The notes under the pieces: generated by a model
Databases searched by the model: none
Seen by the model: only the letters and a program-made list of their open reading frames with translations
What the model was told of the DNA's origin: nothing
Position numbers and translations under genes: made by a program
Shown: positions 47,750 to 64,000 of the stretch, in pieces
Numbering within the stretch: the stretch's first letter is position 1
Layout of the letters: each line of letters opens with the position of its first letter
Source of the DNA: the human T2T-CHM13v2.0 reference genome, Homo sapiens
Assembly: GCF_009914755.1 (NCBI RefSeq)
Contig: NC_060939.1
DNA length: 64,000 bases
Direction: 5' to 3' (one strand)

Positions 47750-48720
47750 GGCACGAGTGAGGTTCGAGTTAGCATGGTAACCATTCTTTCTCAGCTCTGT
47801 GACTGAGGGGCTGCGGGAGGGGGTTATAGTGGTGCTGGGCATGGCCTCGGGGAGAAGCTGGATAATGCCCTCTGCAGATAACCCGTAGGCTGCGCCACAG
47901 CAGCGCCAAGGAAAGAAAGCATCTCTGCTCCAGGTCTCGGCGGAAGAGATGCGGGAACTACGGGGCTCTGATTCTGAGGTCCTGGATTTGGAAGGCGTCT
48001 GCACACAAAGAAATAACAAAGTTAAGTTCCCGCGGCTCGACCAGCAGAGTACGAAACGGGGCCTCCCTTCCCAGCTCGGGTGGAAACGCCTCCACCCTGT
48101 CACCCCGCCCATAGCAGGTCTTTTATCCGCTGGAGCCGCCTGGACAGTCCTCGCGGGGCACGCCCGAGGCTCCCCGGAGGAACTACAAGTCCCATGAAGT
48201 CCCGGGGCGCGGGCGGTGATGACGAAGCCCTCGCCGATTGGCCGCACGGGGCGGGGCGCGCAGGCCTTCTCCGAGAGGAGGGGCGGGGCGTGGGGCGGGG
48301 CGAGCAGCGGCGGATTGGCGGGCACGCCCCCTCGCCCGCGGCCCCCTCCCCGCCTCTCTCCACCGCCTCCTCTGGCTCCCCGGTCAGAGGGCCGGAGCGA
48401 GAAGATGGCGAAGACGTACGATTATCTCTTCAAGCTCCTGCTGATCGGCGACTCGGGGGTAGGCAAGACCTGCCTCCTGTTCCGCTTCTCAGAGGACGCC
48501 TTCAACACCACCTTCATCTCCACCATCGGTGAGGGAGGGGCCGCGGCCCGGGACCGGGTAGAGAATTGGGGGGCGGGTACTAGGGGACGGGGAAAGGGCG
48601 GGGGGCGCTTGGGAGCCCGGGAGAGGAGACCCCGGGGACTGCAAGGTGGCGGGGGCACTGAGAGGGGCGAGGGCGTGAGGGAGAGGGGCGAGGGCGTGAG
48701 GGAGAGAGGCGAGCGGGAAC
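47750..48720 (+). promoter_or_regulatory. RAB8B: CpG island and promoter of RAB8B
   Basis: High CpG density; ACTACAAGTCCCA (ZNF143/THAP11-type) at 48182-48194; reverse CCAAT boxes (ATTGG) at 48237 and 48314; several GGGGCGGGG Sp/KLF boxes at 48248-48300. Confidence 0.9.
48405..48528 (+). CDS. RAB8B: RAB8B small GTPase, exon 1: [41 protein letters not shown](G)
   Basis: Kozak aagATGG; P-loop GDSGVGKT; donor G|GTGAGG at 48529. TCLLF and FNTTF distinguish RAB8B from RAB8A (TCVLF, FNSTF). No exon 2 was seen, so the rest of the window is intron 1. Confidence 0.97.
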
Positions 48721-51578
48721 GTGAGGCTAAGGGCGAAGGGGGAACTTGGGGGCAAAGGAACGGGAAGGGGAACAGAGGAACAAGGACTAGGGGTATTGGG
48801 GGAACGAGAGGGTTCGGAGACTGACAGGGAGGGGTCTTTGAGGGACAAAATGTGTTGGGGGGAAGACTCAGGAAATCTCATGTAGAGAGAAGGGGATAGT
48901 GGACGTGCCAATGATTAAAAGACAGGAGAGGAAGGAAATGTGAAGGGGGAAATGAGGGATGGGGGCAATGAGAGGGATGTGAAGTAAAGGGACAGAGGAC
49001 ACAAGGGACAGAGAGGTGAGAACCAGGCAACTGGAAGGGAATTCAGGGGAATGAGCGGTCAGGAGGTGAGGAAGAAGGGGACGGCTGGCCACAGGAGGTC
49101 TGGACTGAGATGTCGTAGGAGGGGACAGAAGAAAATTGTAGGTGGAAGAAGAGTTCAAGGGATCAGAGGGCAGAATGAGGATACTTGATGGAGAAAGTAA
49201 AGGGATCTGGGTGTGAGACAGAAAGGAAAAGAGGAAGCAACATCATAGTAAAGGGAGGTTGAGCAGAGAAGACAGAGGAGATGGAAAAGAGAGGAAATGG
49301 AAAGTAGTGGGGCGCAAGACTTGCTATAGTAACTGATTACCATTTTCTCTTCACTTCCTTTGGATCAAGTGCAGGAGAAAGCAAAATGTGACTAATGATG
49401 GAATAATGTCTATAGAGCGTTAATTTGTTCTGTGAGTGTTAATGGATGTTAAGGGAATTGGTGACTTTTGGAAATGATGTGGTCAGGAAAATATGGTTCA
49501 CCTCTTTACTACCATCTCCTGAGAAGCAAGACTTCTCAGTATTTTAAATCCTTCGGTTTGAATGTTTAACAGCTTCTCAGCCAAGGAAATGAACTTACAT
49601 TCTACCTGCCTCCCTGTATATTTTGCTTTGGTTCTAATTATTGTTAAATGAATCACAACATGTGATATACCTCTCAGTTACTTCCAATTGAATCAAGAGT
49701 TTTTCTGATCCTGGCTGGGAGCTGTCCTTTCTACTTTTGTACTGGAAGACACTGTGTTCAGGTAATAAGATCTCTTAACTTATCATAAACTGAAGACCAA
49801 GTCAAAGCTGGTTTTAAGCTGTTTTAGAAGTGACCACCTTAACATCATTTCTCCTGTTAAATAGTTGCAGGTTAATTAAGTACCTTAAGAATACCTCAGC
49901 TTTTGGTTGTGTTGGTGATGTTTCTGGCCTCTAATAGTGGCTTATTTAGTCATCTTTCGTATGGTTCTTACAGCATATTTCACCATGAATTTCTGGGTTG
50001 GGAAATAATAGAGAGCTAGTGCTTTGGTAATACGTGTGTTTAAATATTTGTGTATTTTTAAGGATAATTTATCTTTTTTTAAAAAAAGAGTATTTGGTAT
50101 AGAACACTCTTTAAGTATTAGTAAAGGCTATGGTTTGTTTGCTCATTCTGGATTCTTTCATATAGATTGAATGGTCTAAAATCTCCTGGGTGTTATGATG
50201 TCTGGGCTTAGGGAAGTTTGAATTGCAAGTTCTTGGCAGTCAGTCTTGAGTGGGACTTTTTCTTTTCTGAAAAAGCAGATTTTAAATGTCATCTCTCAAG
50301 TATATTCCTAAGATTTGGTGGTAGCTGCTGGTACAGCAACTAAAGGGTGTTAATTTTTGACATTTGTATTAATTTCAAAGCCTCAAATAACAATTTTTCA
50401 TTGTTGAATGCATACTGCAGTACAGATGGTAAAGGATAATTTCTAACAAGTTGAGTGGGTGTCCTTTTGTCCATTCTGTATTTGAGCCTCCCAGAAGTAT
50501 CTCCTGCCTTGAAAGTAAGTGAATCTCGCTGATGCTGTTTTTGTTAAGCTTCTTGGACGACTTGCTTGTTTGTAATAGTTTTATTCGTTTTCTCTTTTTC
50601 CCTTAATTTTTGTCCCATGTTTCCTGTAAGGGTATCTGGTTCCTTTTAAAATAGTAGCTTTTAAAAATTACTTTTCATTTTGAAGGGTTCAAGTCTATCA
50701 GTGGATTTCAAAAAATGATGGAAATGAGGTTCTTTGGAGGGTGACAGCTATGAAGGCATGAAAACCAGTGTCCTGAAACAGATTAGAATAGGAAGTGAAC
50801 ATGAAAAGGAGGTGAATCTCATGTGACATCTTGGTCTTTATATTTTCTGTGAGGTGGATGTGGTAAAAAGAGGTGTGAGCTGTGTCTTCAGTTGACGTGG
50901 AGGAGGGGAAATCCCATACCTCTTATTTAGCCCCAGAGCTCCAACAGGAAGTGGTAGCACACTGCCTTCAAACTGCAGAATTTATATACACACTGCCTTC
51001 AAACTGCAGAATTATATAGAAACCTAATGCTCTGCAGTCAAAATTAAGCTGGGAAAATAAGGTGAATGTTAGCACCATTCTGGTTCCACAGACTCTTCAC
51101 TGATTACAAGTATAGATTTTGAGTGTTGACATCTCTAGCAGCCACTCCCTCCATGCCCCTCACCTCATTCCCAGGTGATCTGAAGTTACTGAGGTGACAG
51201 CCCATCTCCTCCCTAGTCATGAAGTACCTAAGTGTGTAAGTTCCTGTGCTTTTCTGACTGGGTTTTGATGAAGTCTGCCATAGCATTGCTGACAGCACTT
51301 GATAAGCTCTGTGTCATACGGAAAAGATGTATTTCTCAACGCCTGGGGTTTGTGTGTATGTGTTTTGGTAGATATGTATGGGTGTCTGTTTCTTCCCATG
51401 AAGATACATTTTAAGTCTTAATTTTGCTTTGTCAAAGTTTTAGTAGTTTTAAAAATGGTAATCTGCCATCTTTCGACACTGTTTTGATAGGGGTTCTGTC
51501 ATCACGAAGGGAAGGAGACAGTCATTTTGATTCCAGATACAGTTGTCTCAGAGATACTTTCTTCTTCTCACTTCTCTA

Positions 51579-52623
<1,045 letters not shown>

Positions 52624-53508
52624 TTAATTAAGTGCCTGTAAAATGTAACATAAAGACAACTAGGAATGATGATACAGTTAGCTATAGATTATATTTCCTA
52701 TGGGAAATGGATGCATTTTAATATTGATATGAGGGCATACCGACGTCTTGAAATGGCTCTGGACAGAAAAAGGTGCTGGTTTAACAAAAAGAGATAACCC
52801 AGCCCTGTCCTCTTGACAGGACAATCAGAGCTTCTTCCCTTTGCCGTCTCTCTGCTGCCCTGCCCCCTTCTTCCTGTTAGGTATTTCCTGAGTGGTTTCA
52901 CTATTTAGTATAGTCATAGTTTAACAGCAGAAAGAGTCTTAGATATTATCTACTTTATTCCTGTCCCAATTTTATAAATAAAAAAAAAATGAAGGTTTAA
53001 TTGACACCCTCAAAATTACACAGCTGATTATAGCAGATCCTGTAGTGAAACCCCAGATCCAAGTCTATGTCACTTTTCACAACTGAGTTGCTACTATTCC
53101 TAATCAGTATGATTATCCCCATTAATTCAAGTCATCACCTTTTCCAGGGAAGAATTAGAGTTTGCACATACGCCTTTATGTGAGGAAAGTTAAGACATTT
53201 CTGTTTTGATTAGCCGAGTCTGTTCAGGTGAATAGCAAATGTTACTACAATGACTCTGAGTTCTGTTGGAGTTTATACTGGAATAACTCAGCGCATAGCT
53301 GTCCTTTGCCCTTTCTGTGTCTATAGTTTCACATTAGGAGATCAAAGTGTATCCTATCATTAAAATTTCTTCCATACGTAAAGTAACTAATGAAATCATA
53401 TTAATGGGGGTATGTTAGTAATTGTTGTAGCTTAGTCTCATCAGAGTACTTTTAGACATTTTATTCTGTAACACTGGATATTTTTCTTGGGTTCACTTTC
53501 CTTAAAAT

Positions 53509-53702
53509 CAGGGGTTAGCACACTATAGCCTATGGGCCAAGTGTGACCTGCAGCCTGTTTTTGTGTAGCTCACAGGCTAAGAATGGTTTTTATATTTTAA
53601 AGGTTATTAAAAAATAAAGCAATATGCAAAAGAGACCATATGTATCCCACAAAGCTTAAAAATATTTACTAACTGGTTCTTTGTAGAAAGTTTGCTGACC
53701 GT
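53509..53702. mobile_element. MER58A-like hAT-Charlie element
   Basis: caggggttagcacactatagcctatgggccaa...gctaagaatggtttttatatttt...agaaagtttgctgacc. Confidence 0.75.
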
Positions 53703-54709
53703 TACTTAAAATTAAAAACTATTTTTGGTTGGTAGCATTTCAAAGCTTTTATCAAGACTTATTGACTGAAAAACAAACTTTGTCATATTTACATTTTTAT
53801 CCAAGATGACATCAACATTTGGCTGAGCATAATCCAGATACGTAGAGCAAGTTGATTTTCATTTTCATAGTTGTTTTCCTTGGTTTCAACTTCTCAAACA
53901 AAAATATGCAAGGAACATGCAAGTTCATATTGAACATTTTGTACATAAAGCCTTATTTTAATGTCATTGTGTTCTTTCAAAGCTGCCAGTAGATTTCCCA
54001 TCTAAGCAATAGCATTGATAACGACTCTGGTTCAGAAAAAGTAGAATTTAATACTTGATCATAAAGGATTAAACTCATCTCTTCAATCAATGTTCTAGTG
54101 AATGAAAAAAGCCTTCCTACATATAAAGGATGGGCATGGGGAAACTGAGTCTTGGGTACAAATATGGATCTGTCTGAAGAATGTGTACTTTAATGAAGAG
54201 CTTCACCAGCTGTTCTGCAGGCAGCAAGTCAGGGAGGAGGTTCTCTTGGCAACAGCAGCGAGATTGTTTGGATCCACTGAGAAAAGCTGGAGGGAAATAG
54301 GTTTAGATATTGTTTTAGAGGTAAATAAGTCTAGTCTTTGAGGACAAAGAAAAATTTAGCAGTATATTTTTGAATTGAATCCAATAACTGAATCTGAAAA
54401 GAACCATAGATCCTGAAGTGGATGAGCAGGGAGCTGCTGGCCTCAGGCCAGCTCGAGTCTAGGTCTGCCTGTCTTCACCCAGCTCTGGACATCAGCTCTC
54501 CTGTGTGTGTTAGAACTGTTACTTGAGAATATTTTGCAGGAATAGAGTTTTCATAGCATGAGAAGAGGGTTGGGGGTGAGGATGGGGAAGTAGATTTTAG
54601 GTGGCGAGTAATGTGGAGTATGATATCACTAAGCTTCAGAAATGCAAGTAGCCACGGAAATGTAAAAAGGGAAATTCAAGGTAAGATTGTAGATTCTTAC
54701 TACCTAGGT

Positions 54710-55035
54710 TAGGGGTTGCAAACTCACATGGTTCTGGTGGGAACTATGAGTAAGGGGAGTGGACCCAGAATGGGAAGCAGCAGGGTGTGATGTGGACCCT
54801 GGATTGTATGTATTCCCTCTCTTAGGGCATGGCTGCTTTTTATTTGCAGCTTTACCATTGCCATGCTGGAAAATCATCACATATTTCAAGATTTGCTGAA
54901 AATTTCTCATAAAAACTCAACTTTATGGGCAATTAATAAAAACAAACAAAAAACAATGTGAGGGCCATTACAATAAGGGCCAAACAGACATGTCTGTGGG
55001 CTAGATGAGGCCTGTGAGCTACCAGCTTGCAAAGC
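54710..55035. mobile_element. MER102-like hAT element
   Basis: aggggttgcaaactcacatg...gggccaaacagacatgtctgtgggctagatgaggcctgtgagctaccagcttgcaa, with inverted termini. Confidence 0.55.
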
Positions 55036-56114
55036 AGGCATGGCCATCAAGGATGTATGGTGGTTACAGTACTTTAAAATAGATCCTTTATCAGAGCTGG
55101 TATTGACATGAAAAAGCCTTAAATTATTTTCATTTTCCAGGCAGATGAGGTGGACTAGTATGTTTGGCATTATGGAGATAGCATGTTGAATTAAGAGCAA
55201 TGGGCATCTGCCGTTCTAGCTTTGTGGGCTTTGGGGAGTCAGTTATCCTTCTAGGGCCTTAGTTCCTTATAACAGAGTGTAAGAATACTGTGTCTACCTT
55301 TCAGAGTTGCTGTGAGCTCCTTAAGGCAAAAATCAAGTCATATTCGCCTTTTAAATCTCCAAGGCCTGTATTAAATGTCTGCACATTGGATGAATGAACG
55401 GATGAAGGGATGAATTGTGAAAGCCCTATATGAGCTGTAAAGCATAGCTTGAATTTGTTACTATTCTCTTTCACAGTATTATAGATGATTAGATGATATT
55501 TGAGTTAAGATAAAAAGTGTTTAATTTGGACTCTTAACACAGGAATGTTACTTCCCCCAGTATAAAATGCTACATATCTTTCTATAATCAGTTTGAAAGG
55601 TTTGTTTTAGAATATCAAAGATATTTTACTTATCTTTCAGTCTCCATAATAAGCTGTTTTAACACCCAGCTTCCAACCCCCCACTAACATAAATACCAAA
55701 TAGAAAATGAGTGAAATCACTGGGTTTGCATTATAAGAGCCATTTCAGCTTTGTCTCTGCCCATTAGCTTCAAACAATGCAACAGATGCCTGTTAACAGT
55801 TTCATGCCCATTTTTAATTAGCAGATGGAGCTGTGTTTGTGTCTGTGTTCTGCCCAGCACTCATTTGAGTGACAGGGTAGTGAGTGGATTAGACCTGGAC
55901 TGAGCGTTTGGGTTGAATAAGGCCAAATTCTATTTAAAAAAAATATTTATATAAATATTTTTATATAGAGCCCTTGTGTATCTCACTGGAATAGCATATG
56001 TCTATAGTACTGATGTTTATGGTTATGTTTTATTCTCATCTTACAGAAAAAAATGATCATTTTATAGTTTAAATAAAGGGTTTTCTTTAGTCTTGAAACT
56101 GTCTTGAAGTGGCT

Positions 56115-64000
<7,886 letters not shown>

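Noticed and set aside
47702-48911. Long ORFs across the RAB8B island, including an in-frame upstream ATG at 48219 (possible 62-aa extension)
   Set aside because: ATG 48219 lies upstream of the CCAAT/GC boxes and so probably upstream of the TSS. The part after 48528 is intron. The other frames are GC-rich artefacts.

Overview
This is human (primate) genomic DNA that I recognise as the chr15q22.2 locus LACTB - RPS27L - RAB8B. It holds the last coding exon and 3' end of LACTB (+, CDS 135-660), the complete four-exon RPS27L gene (-, CDS 16186 to 12814, 84 aa, with a CpG-island promoter and an intronic p53 element), a ~32 kb repeat-rich intergenic region, and the CpG-island promoter, exon 1 (CDS 48405-48528) and start of intron 1 of RAB8B (+). 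About 55 Alu copies or fragments, several MaLR LTR elements, L1, MIR and hAT DNA-transposon fossils explain almost every ORF in the supplied track. I found no convincing new multi-gene system. The most notable local structures are: a polyadenylated, TSD-flanked retrocopy of an MST LTR 3' end inside a two-LTR MLT1 provirus; a ~90-nt hairpin at 41015-41105; a 21-bp-phased CCAAT array 5 kb upstream of RAB8B; a motif-dense unique island enclosed by four convergent Alus; a 23-bp minisatellite inside an Alu; an old 350-bp local duplication; an RFX X-box at RAB8B; and the LACTB K469 allele. Repeat family names are recognised by eye and repeat boundaries are approximate.
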